Source: Chrysomallon squamiferum (Eukaryota > Animalia > Mollusca). Taken from it: a stretch of DNA of 64,000 nucleotides. A program made the position numbers and the translations under genes. The notes below the pieces were generated by a model. It was given only the letters and a program-made list of their open reading frames with translations. It was not told the DNA's origin and did not search any database. This document shows positions 21,255 to 47,914 of the stretch, one piece after another. How positions within the stretch are numbered: position 1 is the stretch's first letter; every line of letters begins with the position of its first letter. Location of the stretch: NCBI GenBank assembly GCA_012295275.1, contig CM022677.1, positions 26,784,001 to 26,848,000 of the forward strand. Reading direction: 5' to 3'.

Positions 21255-21999
21255 TGTCAGCGACTGTTTGTGCGCTGATTTAACTGGCTCAATTTTAAGA
21301 AACTTTCGTGTCGTAGTTTGCACTTTGCTGAACACTGTCCTGCCAGAATGTTCAAGAGGAAAACAATATGGATAAGAGGTGCTTCAAAAACCAGACGATC
21401 TGTTTATGAAAATGATTAAAGTTTTTCTTGAAATCTTGATAGTACCTTACATTAATGTATTTTCATTGATCCATGTGAAATTTCATTTTTAAAATTTAAA
21501 TAGGTACAAAAGATTAGCTTCAGGGTATTAAGTGTTTGCTGTGTGTATAATGTGCAAAAAAAGCGATCGCGGATTTTCCAACATTTCGATATGTCTCTAA
21601 AACTAAGTTTCCACTTTTTCATTCTCATAAACATAAAGCTTGCTACTACTACACTTACCTCTACTCCAACTACCACTACTGATACTACTCCACTACTACA
21701 ACTACCACTGCTACTACTACTGTGAAAGTAGCGGTACTCTTCAACAATAGTGGTAATAGTAGTGTAAGTAATAATTGTATAGAACGCTGTGGTAGTAGTA
21801 ATAGTATACACAGCAGTAGTGGTAATAATAGTAAGCGACTGTAGCGCTAATCATAATAGAAATAGTAGTAGTAGTAATAATAATAATAATATATATATAT
21901 ATTTATGTATGTACCTGGTTCAATTTTTCTAGTTGCAGCTATCACTACTGTGGATTGTAAAGGTACGTGCAATTTCCTGGGTGTTTTTTTTACACACAT

Positions 22000-22057
<58 letters not shown>

Positions 22058-22157
22058 ATACAGGCACAAAAAAAGCAGCCAATATATGTTTTTATATTTA
22101 TACATATATGTGTGCCTGTGTTTATGTGTCTGTGTTTGTGAGCTTCAAACAGAAAGA

Positions 22158-22160
<3 letters not shown>
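21255..22160 (+). repeat. ~0.9-kb duplicated segment, copy 1
   Basis: Near-identical to 35134-36100 (TGTCAGCGACTGTTTGTGCGCTGATTTAACTGG...GTGAGCTTCAA); both copies give the same spurious MYTITTTTAFYT ORF. Confidence 0.92.
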
Positions 22161-22230
<70 letters not shown>

Positions 22231-22281
22231 TACAGAGAGACAGAGAGATAGAGGCAGAGAGAGAGAGAGAGAGAGACAGAC

Positions 22282-22312
<31 letters not shown>

Positions 22313-23197
22313 GATAGATAGAGATACATAGAGAGAGAGAGACGGAGAGAGAGAGAGAAGAGAGAGAGTGAGAGTATGTATGCATACATTATGTGTGTGT
22401 GTGTGTGTGTATGTGTGTATGTGTATGTGTGTGTGTGTGTGTGTGTGTGTCGTGTGTCATTTTTAACCTTAACATAGCAAGAGGTGATCACCACACGTAA
22501 TGTTGTATACAATTTATTTATTATAAAATGCTACTCAGTCACGTGACTCACATAGTTTATAAAAACCAGCCAGCTGTTGCAGCTGTTACTATTTTAGTGT
22601 TACATCACTAGTTGTTAGTTAGTTACAAGTCAAAGATAAGTAATACAAAAATATATATTTATATATAGCAGAAGCGGATAGTAGCATTAGTAGTAGTGGT
22701 AGTAGTAGTAATAATAAAACTACTATTACCATTGCCATAAACGTTATTATTGCTACTATTGTTACTACTGCGAGTACTGCTGGCACCACTACTACGACTA
22801 CTGCTGCTACCAGTACGACTACTAAGGCTACCAGTACTACTACTACTACTACCAGTACGACTACTACTACGACTACTACTGGTACCGCTGCTAATAGTAC
22901 CTCTACTACGGATTCTCTGTACAAATACAAATGGCATAACAATTCTCAGTGGTTTTGAATGGTTTTAACTTATATTAAATTAAACTTAAATTAAACAGAA
23001 TAAAATAAAACAAATGCTGGACACAGTAACACGTGACTGATGTGAGAGGCAGTGAAACACGTTTCTGCTCTCTTTATCATTGTAGTGATCATTAATACAT
23101 GTATAAAAGTCTTTTCTTAATTTGTTCGCTTTGATGCGTTATTTATTTAATTTAATATCATAACAGAAATCATCTTAAATGCGTGTTCATGTATGTC

Positions 23198-23287
<90 letters not shown>

Positions 23288-23460
23288 CCCCCCACTAATA
23301 TAGCCACAGAGAAAAACGCACAATTTTTCTTATGATTTGGATCACTCGTTATATATCTTTTGTTTACTTCATTATTACTAATTTTATTTTATTTTTTTTT
23401 TTTTTTTGATCATGATGTCTTCGTGTTAATTTGCTCTAACTGGCGCTGATGAACTCAGTT

Positions 23461-23733
23461 TCACAAATATCCGAATTTCGGTTTGTCGACGAGAATTCCA
23501 CGACGTGGTGGCGGCAGTGTTATCACTTTGATCTCTCGTTCTTCGTCTGACGACGACGGCTCCTCCTCCTCCACGACCTTCGACATCGCCCTCGGCAACA
23601 TCAGCTGAGGCTCGCCTGCCATGCTGTGTCTGTGCTTCTCTTTGATTGGGACACACCCTCTGTCCCGCGAGAACCTCCTGTTTTTCCTGTTCAGAGCAAT
23701 TTAAATGTGTCATTTTTGAAGTTTAATTACTAT

Positions 23734-23764
<31 letters not shown>

Positions 23765-23889
23765 GTCGTCGTTGTTTTTCTTGACCTTATAGTTGGTACA
23801 ATTAATTGTTCTATTAGACTAGTTATACTTGGATTTGTATGCTAAAACATATATAACTATACTAAAAAAATATATATATATATATACAA

Positions 23890-23947
<58 letters not shown>

Positions 23948-24251
23948 GTATACTTACCTGATAACAACAATAGTACAGGCTAAAACAACCACAGCTAGAA
24001 ATGTTGTAATAACTACTGCAGCAGCCATTCCTGGCGTCATGTCTGAAAAATAAATCAATAGATACACACACATATACATACACATATACATACACACACA
24101 TATACATACATACACATATACATACACACACATATACATACATACACATATACATACACACACATATACATACACATACATATACATACACACACATATA
24201 CATACACACACATATACATACACACACATATACATACACATGAAGATTGTA

Positions 24252-24297
<46 letters not shown>

Positions 24298-26409
24298 TAT
24301 ATATCTAAAATCAAACATACATTAACGCATTCACGCATATGTATACACTCGTGAGACATATTTAGAATGATCCAGTATTTACTGTATGAGATATTTGCGT
24401 CAGACATCAGCAAGATGATCTTTACATAGAACTGTATCTCTGTTACAGCTATAATCTCTGATTTAAAGGTGATGACCTAGTTTTCTGTTATATCTGACTG
24501 GAGATGAACACAGCCTCAGTGACACAGCAGAGCTGAGATCCCTATACACAGGACTCACTGAGTCACTGCCACAAACTAAACGTAGTACGAAGGTTGTAAT
24601 AGAAAATGCTGGTGGGAAAACTGAAGGAAATTTATCTGCTGTCCAGATAAGAAAAAAATGAGTGTCGACCTGCCCAAGACAAACACGTAAAACGGAGAAC
24701 TGGGTGCGGTCGCCAGCAGGGGTAACAACAGGCAATCACGCCAGAGAATGGACAGTAGCAAACGTTGTAGTAGACGTTGTAGAAAACAGTTAATCTGGAC
24801 CCGAAATTCAGAACTAACTACACTAATTAAGTCAAAGCTGTTACTCTTGTGAAGAAAGCAATGGACGGAAGAGCAGAGGAGAAAAGTTCAAATGAATCAG
24901 TTTTCTAGCAGTGTCAGTCTGCTGTGTTAGGTAATGTTGTAATCTGCTGTGTTAGGTAATGTTGTAATCTGATGTGTTAGGTAATGTTGTAATCTGATGT
25001 GTTAGGTAATGTTGTAATCTGATGTGTTAGGTAATGTAATCTGCTGTGTTAGGTAATGTAATCTGCTGTGTTAGGTAATGCTGTAATCTGCTGTGTTAGG
25101 TAATGTTGTAATCTGCTGTGTTAGGTAATGTTGTAATCTGCTGTGTTAGGTAATGCTGTAATCTGCTGTGTTAGGTAATGTTGTAATCTGCTGTGTTAGG
25201 TAATGCTGTAATCTGCTGTGTTAGGTAATGTTGTAATCTGCTGTGTTAGGTAATGTTGTAATCTGCTGTGTTAGGTAATGTTGTAATCTGCTGTGTTAGG
25301 TAATGCTGTAATCTGCTGTGTTAGGTAATGTTGTAATCTGCTGTGTTAGGTAATGCTGTAATCTGCTGTGTTAGGTAATGTTGTAATCTGCTGTGTTAGG
25401 TAATGTTGTAATCTGCTGTGTTAGGTAATGTTGTAATCTCGCTGTGTTAGGGTAATGCTGTAATCTGCTGTGTTAGGTAATGTTGTAATCTGCTGTGTTA
25501 GGTAATGTTGTAATCTGCTGTGTTAGGTAATGTTGTAATCTGCTGTGTTAGGTAATGTTGTAATCTGCTGTGTTAGGTAATGTTGTAATCTGCTGTGTTA
25601 GGTAATGTTGTAATCTGCTGTGCTAGGTAATGCTGTAATCTGATGTGTTAGGTAATGTTGTAATCTGCTGTGTTAGGTAATGTTGTAATCTGCTGTGTTA
25701 GGTAATGTTGTAATCTGCTGTGTTAGGTAATGTTGTAATCTGCTGTGTTAGGTAATGTTGTAATCTGCTGTGTTAGGTAATGTTGTAATCTGCTGTGTTA
25801 GGTAATGTTGTAATCTGCTGAACTGAACGTGCAGGCGACAGTGAGGCTTCAGCTTACTGTGATAGCAGTGAATGAGAGAATGCAGAAAGTAGTCACAGAA
25901 TGTTCTTAAGTCCAACAGGTAAACAGTGCAAACTATGTTAAAATGTTGAATGAGACAAGTTGATTTTAAAAACAAGTGTTGAGCAAAATGAAGTATTCTT
26001 GCAGAGGGTAGCCCACGCAAAAAAAAAAAAAAAAAAAAAAGTTACCGCAGAACTGAACAAGATTAACAATACAGCTGTTCACGACTGGCTTGGAACAGCA
26101 CCCATCTGAGCCTACTGGAACTGTGGATGAATCTATGCATGTGTCTGGGTTAAGTTATGTTTTGTGTGTGTTTACTCCTGCTGCTCTTTCTAGCTGAGTC
26201 TGTTACCTGTGCACTTTACGTTTGTGTTACAGTCAGACACGATTTCTCGTTTGTTGTCGCTGCCGCAGTCTCGACCTTTGAACTTTGGCTCTGGGTTTGT
26301 GCACGTCCGTATCTCCTCCTGTACCTGCCTCCCCCCGCCACACGTAACGCTACACAGACTGAGTCTTAGAGGGTGCCAGCTACTCCAACCGCCATCAACT
26401 GGAAAAAAA

Positions 26410-26503
<94 letters not shown>

Positions 26504-29500
26504 ATGAAGGACTCCATAATAACAAGGAAAAGTTAGTTTGAATAAAATATAACAACATAACTTACAATAATAACACAACACACACACACACAGAGAGATT
26601 AATACTACTACTACAACCACCACTATTACTACTACTATAACCACTACTACTATTACTCTTACTGCTACTACTGCTGCTAGTACTACAACTACAGATACCG
26701 GACCAATTATCCGGACTCCTTGGGGCTTCAGACATTCCGGATTTCTGGATTCTGGTTTTCTGGTACCAAGGCATCTAAATACTTAGATAATTAGGCATAA
26801 ACATTTCAAAATTGAAAACGTAAAGAAAATTGACGATACACAACTGTGGCGACTCGACGCGTAAACAATGCGGCGAGTGAATGAACGCCACGCGGCTTGA
26901 AAGAGTAGTTCCGGTCTGGTGAGGAAAACATCCGCGCGGGCAACTACAAAAACAGCGTCTATAACTACCACTATCACTACTACTGCTACAACTACTATTA
27001 CTACTACTATTACTACTACTATTACTACAACTATTACTACAACTATTACTACTACTATTACTATCACTATTACTACTACTACTACTACTGCTACTACTAC
27101 TACTATTACTACTACTATTACTACTACTATTACTACTACTGCTACTACTACTATTACTACTACTATTACTACTACTATTACTATTACTACTACTAGTTGC
27201 AATAATAACAATGATAATAATAAAACATTTTCCAACAACAACAACAACCACAACAACAACATCTCACCTCGTAAGCACGATCCGCCGGTGCAGTCTGTGA
27301 ATGTCGCTGTGGTTTTGCGACCACTACACTGACGTCCGCCTCCCGAGGGCGGCGGGTTTGTGCAGCTCCTGGAGAGAGACACGGTGTGTTTGCAGCTCAT
27401 AGAGCAGTAGCCGGAGTGCAGGACTGACCACGCTGACCATTGCCCGTCAACTGCGCGTGCACGTTCAGAGACAGGCACAGCGAGCACGTTCAGAGACAGG
27501 CACAGCGTGCACGTTCAGAGACAGGCACAGCGTGCACGTTCAGAGACAGGCACAGCGAGCACGAAACAAGAAGGAAAAAAGAAAAAAGGAAAAAGAAAAA
27601 GAAAATGAAAATGAGAAGTATAAAATGCAGAACAGTAAGAGACACGCATACAAGGACACACACACGTAATATGAAAACAGTATTTTAAAGAAGGCTCTCT
27701 TTCGTTGAAATTGTGTGTGTGTGTGTGTGTCTCTCTCTCTGTTTGTGTGTATGTTTAAAAACTGTACTATTTTAACACTTATAATTTAGAAAACTATATC
27801 TTCTTAAAAGTTTCCTCATATGTGTATGTGTGTGTGTGTGTGCAAAAACTGTACTATTTTAAAACTTATAATTTAGAAAACTATATCTTTTACCAATGTG
27901 TGCAGGGTGTAACTATTTTGGGTCTGTAACAACACTATAACAGACAGACGTAAGGTATGCGTGTACATCTGTTTAGATTTGTGTGTTAACAACATACACG
28001 CACATTCGCTTTCTGTGTATTTTATTTTCTATAAGTAAACTTACCAGTACATAGAGAGTTCTTGCTCAGTTTTACGTATATTGTGATTTCTGTAAAGTAC
28101 AGATTACCAAGACATAGATTGTTCTTTAAGAACGATTTACCAGGAACAAACCGTTCTATCTTGTTATGCTATAATACCAACGTACCAGGAACTTCACGGT
28201 TTTACCTACATTTTCACTTATTTCAGACCAACGTACCAGGACATTCACGGTCTTTACCTATATTTTCACTTATTTCAGAACAACCTACCAGGACATTCAC
28301 GGTTTTTACCTACATTTTCACTTATTTCAGAACAACATTCACAGTTTTTACCAGGACATTCACAGTTTTCAACCTATATTTATACTTTTAACATTCATTT
28401 TTCAACCTACCTTTATTTTCACTTATTTCAGACAACGTACCAGGACATTCACAGTTTTTAACCTATATTTTCACTTATTTCAGACAACGTACCAGGACAT
28501 TCACAGTTTTTACCTATATTTTCACTTATTTCAGAACAACGTACCAGGACATTCACAGTTTTTAACCTATATTTTCACTTACAGTTTTTAACCTATATTT
28601 TCACTTATTTCAGACAACGTACCAGGACATTCACAGTTTTTAACCTATATTTTCACTTATTTCAGACAACGTACCAGGACATTCACGGTTTGTGTCGCAC
28701 GTTTGAGATCTGCGTTTAGTTGAGTTTCCCTCACACAGCTGGGAGTTGAGGCAGTCCCTCCTCTCAGTGAACCACGTGATACCTGACGCACACGTGACGC
28801 TGCATCTCTCAGTCTTCACCACAACCCACGAACTCCACGTGCCGTACACTAGAGAACGAAACACGTGGTGATTAGAAACAGAGCTGTGTTTCTGTCGTGG
28901 AGTAAATAACAACACATTTCTTTTTACAGTGTGAAAAATTCAAACTTTAGGAGTTAGTCTCCTATTTTCTGTTTCTTCTTGAAGTAACTTGACTCTCTTC
29001 TCATGGTTCCTAGTGACACACCAGGAACAAACTTAGATCTGTTTCCATGTTACCAGAACATGTTTCAGATAGATTTATAAATAGTACTGCATTAAAATAT
29101 GCAGAATCTAGTATATTCATTTTGGTTATTTGTATTGAACGTTTTGTTACAAAATTACAGAGATTTATTCAAATATATAATCTTATTATTATTATTCTTG
29201 TTATTATTGTTATTATTATTTTTATCTTCTTCATCATCGGTACCCTTTTATTGTTTTTAATTATTGGTAATAGTGGGTAGATGAAGCAGTAGTCATACAA
29301 ACAGCAGTTGTTGTTATTTTATTATTATCATTATTGTTATTATTACTACAGTTCCTATGAAACAGCCTACTTTTTTTTTTTTTTTTAAACACATAAACGG
29401 TTTTCTTACCAGGACATGTGACGTTGGTGTCGCATTTTTCCGTGGTTCTTTTCGTACTTTTCCCCGTACATCGGTTTGTTCCCGTGCAGTTGCGAGTTTC

Positions 29501-29604
29501 AGTGAACCAGTTTGTGCCCACACCGCACGTGACACTGCACCTCCCAGACTGAGTCCTGTCCCAGCGCGACCAGTTCCCCGACCCACAGTGACAGCCGTGA
29601 ATCA
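23461..29604 (-). CDS. Gene D: 4 TSP1 repeats (near-canonical CSVTCG type), TM, 75-aa tail (signal exon not resolved)
   Basis: Minus-strand exons. TSR 29604-29410 (GNWSRW..CSVTCGVG), 28848-28675 (GTWSSW..CSVTCASG), 27450-27268 (VDGQWSAW..CSMSC..RSCTNPPPSGGGRQCSG), 26398-26207 (VDGGWSSW..CSVTCGGG..RTCTNPEPKFKGRDC). TM 24042-23958 (DMTPGMAAAVVITTFLAVVVLACTIVVIR). Tail 23686-23461 (KNRRFSRDRG..EEEEPSSSDEERE..DKPKFGYL*). A possible extra 60-nt exon lies at 30121-30062. Confidence 0.85.
24915..25820. repeat. 25-bp minisatellite TAATCTGCTGTGTTAGGTAATGTTG
   Basis: About 35 highly uniform tandem copies. Confidence 0.95.
28175..28690. repeat. ~53-bp tandem repeat containing the exon end and donor of TSR exon 28848-28675
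   Basis: The unit CAACGTACCAGGACATTCAC..CCTATATTTTCACTTATTTCAGA includes the reverse complement of GAATGTCCTG|gtacgttg. Confidence 0.85.
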
Positions 29605-30309
29605 CTGAAACAAACACACCCCTTTACCTCCCTACACTGCCTGCTCCTGTGTGTGTGTGTTTGTGTGTGCGTGTATGTGTGTGTATAATGTTTACGTTTA
29701 TATACATAGCTAGATGAATAGACAGACAGATGTATTATACAGATAGATTATACAAACCACAAAAAACCAACAGCCATTTTATTTCCATAGTCATGTCTTT
29801 TTCTTAGTTAAAATCTGAAAGAAGGAAAATAGTATAATATGTAATATGTTTACTTACATAAAAAAATTAATTCCATAATATCAATTTATATATATGTATG
29901 TGTGTGTATGTGTGTGTATATATGTGTGTGTATGTATGTATGTATGTGTGTGTGTGTGTGAGTACTTTGGTGTTACCAAGCAATAGTTTATATCATTGTG
30001 TGTTTCTGTGTTATTTGAATGACTGAGGAACTGAATGTGGTTGGAAAGTCTCGTTCATTACTTCTTATTTCACTTCTGTTTGCCAAGTAGTCCGTCTCGT
30101 CTCTTTTCTCATGTTGCAGGACTAAATTGGAGACGTTTTTCAGACAAAATATTTTATTTTTAAAGTTACACTATTAGCAGTTAGAGGTTGCCCCAAACAA
30201 TAAAGTTTAATAATTATTTATTATAATTCTTATTCGTACTGTCAGTGATACGCTTTAAAGAAAAATCCTGTGTTCTGTATTACACATTTTATTCGATACA
30301 ACACACACA

Positions 30310-30351
<42 letters not shown>

Positions 30352-30897
30352 AACACACACACACTATTTTATAACGACAGTTATAATTGTAACAAGCTGA
30401 TGAACGTATGCACCTTAGTCAGAGTTTTTATGAGTTTGTAATTTGTTTCTGAAATGCTTAAGTTAAAAGTTTTCTTCTAAACACTGTTAAAACTGGCTGT
30501 TCTAGCTGCAGATTTTTGTCTATTCTAGGTATACATTCATCATGAAGTCATTTTAAAAGACCTCTCTCATTGTCTTAATATATCTACAAATAGCATTTAG
30601 CATTGCGGAATAGATTAAACCTAATAAATGAAGCATTAGAACATTATTCTAATTGTAAATTTTGATATACTGGCACGTTTTCGAACTGTTGTCATTTACT
30701 ATGAACGCAGAATACTTACTGTTTACAACATGTCCATTTAAAGTTGAAAATAATAACCTTGGCTTAACTCTGCAATGTGCTGTCATAAAATAACTTACCT
30801 TCCTCAAATTGTGTGTTCAGTTTCTTTCTTTAAAAGCTGATTTAATCGTCATTTTCCTCATTTCATTTCATGGACGGCCATTGCAGTTCATTTATGA

Positions 30898-30905
30898 TGA
30901 CGTCA
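30898..30905. promoter_or_regulatory. CRE site at the inferred 5' end of gene D
   Basis: TGACGTCA ~100 nt upstream, in the minus sense, of a strong AG|GTAAGT donor at ~30797. Confidence 0.5.
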
Positions 30906-31974
30906 TCTCTTTATGTGCTTCTCTTCATCTCACGTCAAGAGATTATTATTATTATTTTTCATGTTTACACTTTGCAATACCAATCCATTTGTTATTCGCT
31001 TAACCTATGAAAGGCCTAATCCAATAGGTTTTAATTTAAGCTGAATGTTGTGGTACTGGGAACTAATCATATCAAGCTGGGTTGTTACTCCGACAACAGC
31101 GGAAGCGGAAATCGTTTGTCTTCAGATTAGTTCAGCAACTGTCGTGAAAAAAAAAAATAATATAATATATTTATATATATATATATATTAATAATCTTAC
31201 AATTTAGTTCTACACTCATCTGAGCACTTTTACTCAATATTTTGCTACGTTTTACTGGCAGTGTAATCTCAACAAGTGAAATAAAACTAAAAAGCATGAC
31301 CACTGGTCAGTTCACTTCTCCAACAATAACACCGTGCTATCGCCATAACTGGAATAATAACAATAATAATAATAACAACAATAACAACAACAACAACAAC
31401 AACAATAAATACAAAAGCAAAACAACAACATCAACACTAATAACAACAACAACAACAACAACAAATCGCCAAAGTCAAGATGAAGGTTTATTTTGAACAA
31501 AAGGTATTTTTGTTACAGAATGTATAATTTTTTTTTTTTTTTTTTTCTTTTTTTTATCAGGTTTGCTTGTGAAATAAATGGAATACAAAGTATGTAACAT
31601 ACATGCAGGTCTTGATTACTCACACCTGGCTACTGAGAAACGTTCATGCACAGTTACATATATACACAGGCTTTAAAATATATATAAATCAATTCTACAT
31701 TCGTTTCCCTATCTTTGGCATAATGTGTGTGTGCGTTTGAGTGTGTGTGTGTGTATATGTGTGTATGAGTGTGTATGTTTGCAAATCTTCTTAGTTAAGG
31801 ATAAAGATAATTCTATCAGATGAAAATGTTTATTTGACTGTAAAATACGTCAAGTGAAGGTAGTTGTCTTTCGTTTGGGTCTTTGAAATAGTTTCAAATC
31901 CTACTAAAACGTGGTCAAAGGAATCAAATAAAAATAAAAATGCAAGAAATTAAAATATTGCAGTTATTTAATTC

Positions 31975-32009
<35 letters not shown>

Positions 32010-32129
32010 TTATTTTTTTTTTTCTCCTTGTAGATTACGTTAACGGTATCGAATGATTTGCGTTGTGGAAATAAAAGTAACTTTCTACTGGAGTTTGACA
32101 AAATCATTTCACTTAGATATAATCCTTGC

Positions 32130-32160
<31 letters not shown>

Positions 32161-32589
32161 GTTATTATTATTATTATTAGGGTAACTACCGTAACATGGA
32201 CCACTACAAGTGGTTACTAGTGACACACCAATGAACAACCTTTGACCTGTTTCCATAGCACCGGATTATATGCTGTATCTTTCTTTTAAGACACAAACCA
32301 CGCAGATCACTGAGGTTACAGGATAAAATGCTCTTGATGTAACTAAATTTAAATCACACAGGATCGCACACGTTATGTAAACACAACAGCGGCTACAACC
32401 TCGTACTCGCAACTGTGACGTCACCGGGCTACAGTGCTGTGATTTTCATTTCGGCTGATAGATACTCAACAGAAAATTCCTTTGTAAATTTTATTTCATA
32501 CGTCTTTATTAAAAACAGTCTCACTGAGTACATAGTTTTTTATTTTTGCCAGTATTTTTACTTGTTGTCCTATTTTGTTGTATATTTTG

Positions 32590-32945
32590 TCATTTCCGCG
32601 GTCTGGAGTGTCGTCTGCTTCTCTCGTCTACGAGTTCTTTGAGGACTGACCCACTTTTCGTAGACCGCCTTCGTCTAGACGACACGACACGTGGTTCAGC
32701 GGGTTTTTCCTGTTTACGTCTTTGTACATGAAACACATTACATAAATAAATCAGTCAATAAATCACATAAAACAATAAACAAACAGATCAATTTAATACA
32801 TATTTCTTCTTCTTTTTTCTTCTTCTTCTTCTTCTTCTTCTTCTTATATATATATATATCAATTTAATACAAAATAATAATAAGAAGAAAAATATCCCAC
32901 CAGTAAAACAATTAAATGAACGAACGAAAATAGACAATAACTAAG

Positions 32946-33027
<82 letters not shown>

Positions 33028-33029
33028 CA

Positions 33030-33108
<79 letters not shown>

Positions 33109-33256
33109 ATGCTAGTATTTGTATTTTTTATTATTACATAAAAACTGGAATCATACCTGATAATGAAAATCCAATAAAGGACAAGAAGAAGAAGGAAGAC
33201 ACATGACATTACAATGGCTGCAATCATGATCGCTGTTAGTTTTGACTGGCTAGCGG
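32590..33256 (-). CDS. Gene E: TM and basic tail exons of the same architecture, no TSR exon found
   Basis: TM exon 33256-33157, phase 1-2 (ASQSKLTAIMIAAIVMSCVFLLLLVLYWIFIIR). Tail exon 32719-32590, phase 2-stop (RKQEKPAEPRVVSSRRRRSTKSGSVLKELVDERSRRHSRPRK*). Upstream exons are not resolved; there is a weak candidate at ~33670-33760. Confidence 0.65.
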
Positions 33257-33261
33257 CTTAA

Positions 33262-33314
<53 letters not shown>

Positions 33315-34068
33315 CAACAATAATAATAATAATAAATAATTAAATAAATAAATAAATAATCAAAATTATGGAGAATATGTATGCATATATGTATATTTGT
33401 GTGTGTGTGTGTGTGTGTATGTATGTGTGTGTAATAATAAATGCATAATATAATACACGATATTATGACTAGATTAATTAATTCTTTCTGTACAGATTTA
33501 TATATATCAGAGTTACTGATTAATGTTTAATGTTAACTGATGATTTAAAACTCAAATGATTTCTATAAACAAGATGAATGCTGTGTTGTTATTTAAGAAG
33601 TATTTTACAGAAACCAGAACTCATTAATCGAGAAATCAAAGAGTAAATTTTATTTCTGTTCCTGGTTTACACGATAACAGACACAAAGCGACTGATTGTT
33701 GTCTGTCTGTGTCTTTATCCTGGCCAGAGAGATGTGCAGTCAAATCTACACAGGTGAAAGCTGAGAAAGTAATGAGTTTTTCCTACACTAAACTAATAAT
33801 GCAAAGCTAAATACCAACAACGTGAACTTCACACAAAACTAGCAGAAACAAAAGTTTGTTCATCTCAGCGTTGTTCCGTAAATGAATTCTAGAAACATGA
33901 AATTAAAAAAAGAAAGAAAAAGAAAGAAAAATATAGTAATTAAATTCTATACACAAACACATACATAAATATTGAAAATAAAGCATTAAAGATTCAATAA
34001 TAATAATAATAATAGTAATGTATATATTAGACAGTAATACACACATACACAGATACACACACATACAT

Positions 34069-34121
<53 letters not shown>

Positions 34122-34242
34122 CAACAATAATAGGAATAGCCACGATGGAAATATTTTTTGGTTTCAAGGTGCATAATTTTGATTCAAAATCAATCAATAA
34201 TCTTGCATTGACATATCAAAAATTAGAGGAAACAAAACATTT

Positions 34243-34623
34243 TGACGTCAGTGTTTATTATAAAAAGTATTTCTTATTTCTGATGAGCTGTAATATTATA
34301 AATAAGCATTGTTATTACCTATAATGTAAGTAGTTATTTTCTTTTGTCTTCTTTATACTGAATTGTACTCGCTTGTGATACTCAACCACGTGGGCAGCTG
34401 GACACCTCGTACACGTACACGTAAGTCTAAAACAACACAAGGAAAATGCATTTTAGTAGATAATGAATACAACTGCAGGTCATAACTTAAAAAGATACTT
34501 TTTTTAGAATGCCTATTATTTGTCACATGAATGATACGCTGGTCTTTTTATCAATTTGCGCATGTACATTATGAAAAAAAAAGCTTTAATTTTTACGTCA
34601 GTATACCACTTCCTATGACGTCA
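34243..34623. promoter_or_regulatory. CRE cluster in the divergent E/F intergenic region
   Basis: TGACGTCA at 34243-34250 and 34616-34623, TTACGTCA at 34593-34600, and an ETS-like ACTTCC next to the last site. Confidence 0.55.
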
Positions 34624-34934
34624 GGGTGCCTTTCTAAAATAGCTGTAACAAAATAATTGTACATGAATATATCGCTCTGGAAATTTGTACAGAATTTTGT
34701 ATTTCTGAAAATTTGCTCTTTTAGCTTGTTGCTGAAAATTGTTTACAGTGAAATATATTCCGGTGGACTTTATCGCCTAACCAAATTTAACAGATGATTT
34801 TCTTAAAATAATTTATGCTTACCGTATCATATGTGTATATGTAGTTAGAATAATTATAATCAGTTAAGTTAATGTGCTTTGATTTTGGATTATCGTAATC
34901 TCATTCTGGATTTGTGATTTGCAGATTATCTGAA

Positions 34935-40020
<5,086 letters not shown>

Positions 40021-40584
40021 ACAGCACAACTCGTCTGTGTCGTTGTTTCCATCTGTTCGCTTGTTTGATGAAATAACTGAAAAAATATGGCTGACTATTA
40101 CAGTGAGGATGTGGAAGAGGAAATCTACGCAGTAGTCTTGCTGGCAACGTGTGATGATAGTTTACGTTTTAGTTGTCTTATATTTCCAATATTTAAAACC
40201 TTCTCAGTTTATTATCTTTAAAACACTGATTCTGCCATTTTTGCATTGGCTGATTTGAAATACGAATATACATGAGTCATTACTACATTCACACATACAT
40301 ACATAAATACATGCACACAAAGGCACACGCAGTCACGCACTTGGTATTCTTAACTGACACAAAAATATCTTTGCTTTATTTTTAGTTAGTGATTTCTTTA
40401 TTTCCTCTTCCATTCTTTACTAAAATGAATGCTCGGTCACTTTGCTGTTTGTCTAGTTTAGAATCTTATCTATAATTATCAGTGTAGTGAGTATGTGGGT
40501 ATGTTCACACTGACATCTTTTCCTTTTGTCATTAATTAAATCTAAAGACACACCAGAGAGAGAGAGAGAGAAATAGAGAGAGAA

Positions 40585-40667
<83 letters not shown>

Positions 40668-40699
40668 AAAGAGACAGAGAGAGAGAGAGAGAGAGAGAT

Positions 40700-40752
<53 letters not shown>

Positions 40753-40758
40753 TATTAG

Positions 40759-40951
<193 letters not shown>

Positions 40952-41279
40952 ATTAATTGTCTGCTGTTCTCTATAATCCAAGTTGAATGTTCTGTTAATT
41001 GGAATAAATTATTTTTGCATATTGACATCTTTGTTTTGTGGCTGTGTGTGTGTGTATATGTGTTTGTGTGTGTGTGTGTGTGTGTGCGCGTGTTGAACAT
41101 ACTTCAGTTTGTATTGAACATACTTCAATTTGTATTGATACATTGAAACACTGGTATATAACATTTGATTTGTAAGAAAAACACAAACACATATGCATAT
41201 GCATAAGAATTAAAAAAACACACAAAAAAACGACTTAAATAATTTATTTCAGTAGATTGAAAGGCACACATACATGCAA

Positions 41280-41331
<52 letters not shown>

Positions 41332-41406
41332 TCAAATCTGTGTAAAGTTTGACAAGTGTCTCGTATGTTATTCTGAAATGAAAACTGTTGTCAAAGTGTA
41401 ATTTCT

Positions 41407-47914
<6,508 letters not shown>

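Noticed and set aside
24440-24910. Complex sequence with short ORFs on both strands in a gene D intron
   Set aside because: No phase-compatible exon or recognisable domain; possibly an old retroelement fragment, but unsupported.
24915-25820. Regular 25-37-bp repeat arrays (also 15060-15515 and 57145-57545) as CRISPR arrays
   Set aside because: They are head-to-tail units with no unique spacers, no cas genes, and a eukaryotic intron context.
26695-26945. CpG-rich complex segment between TSR exons of gene D as an extra exon
   Set aside because: All three minus-strand frames reach stops and there is no TSR motif; more likely a repeat-element fragment that I cannot classify.
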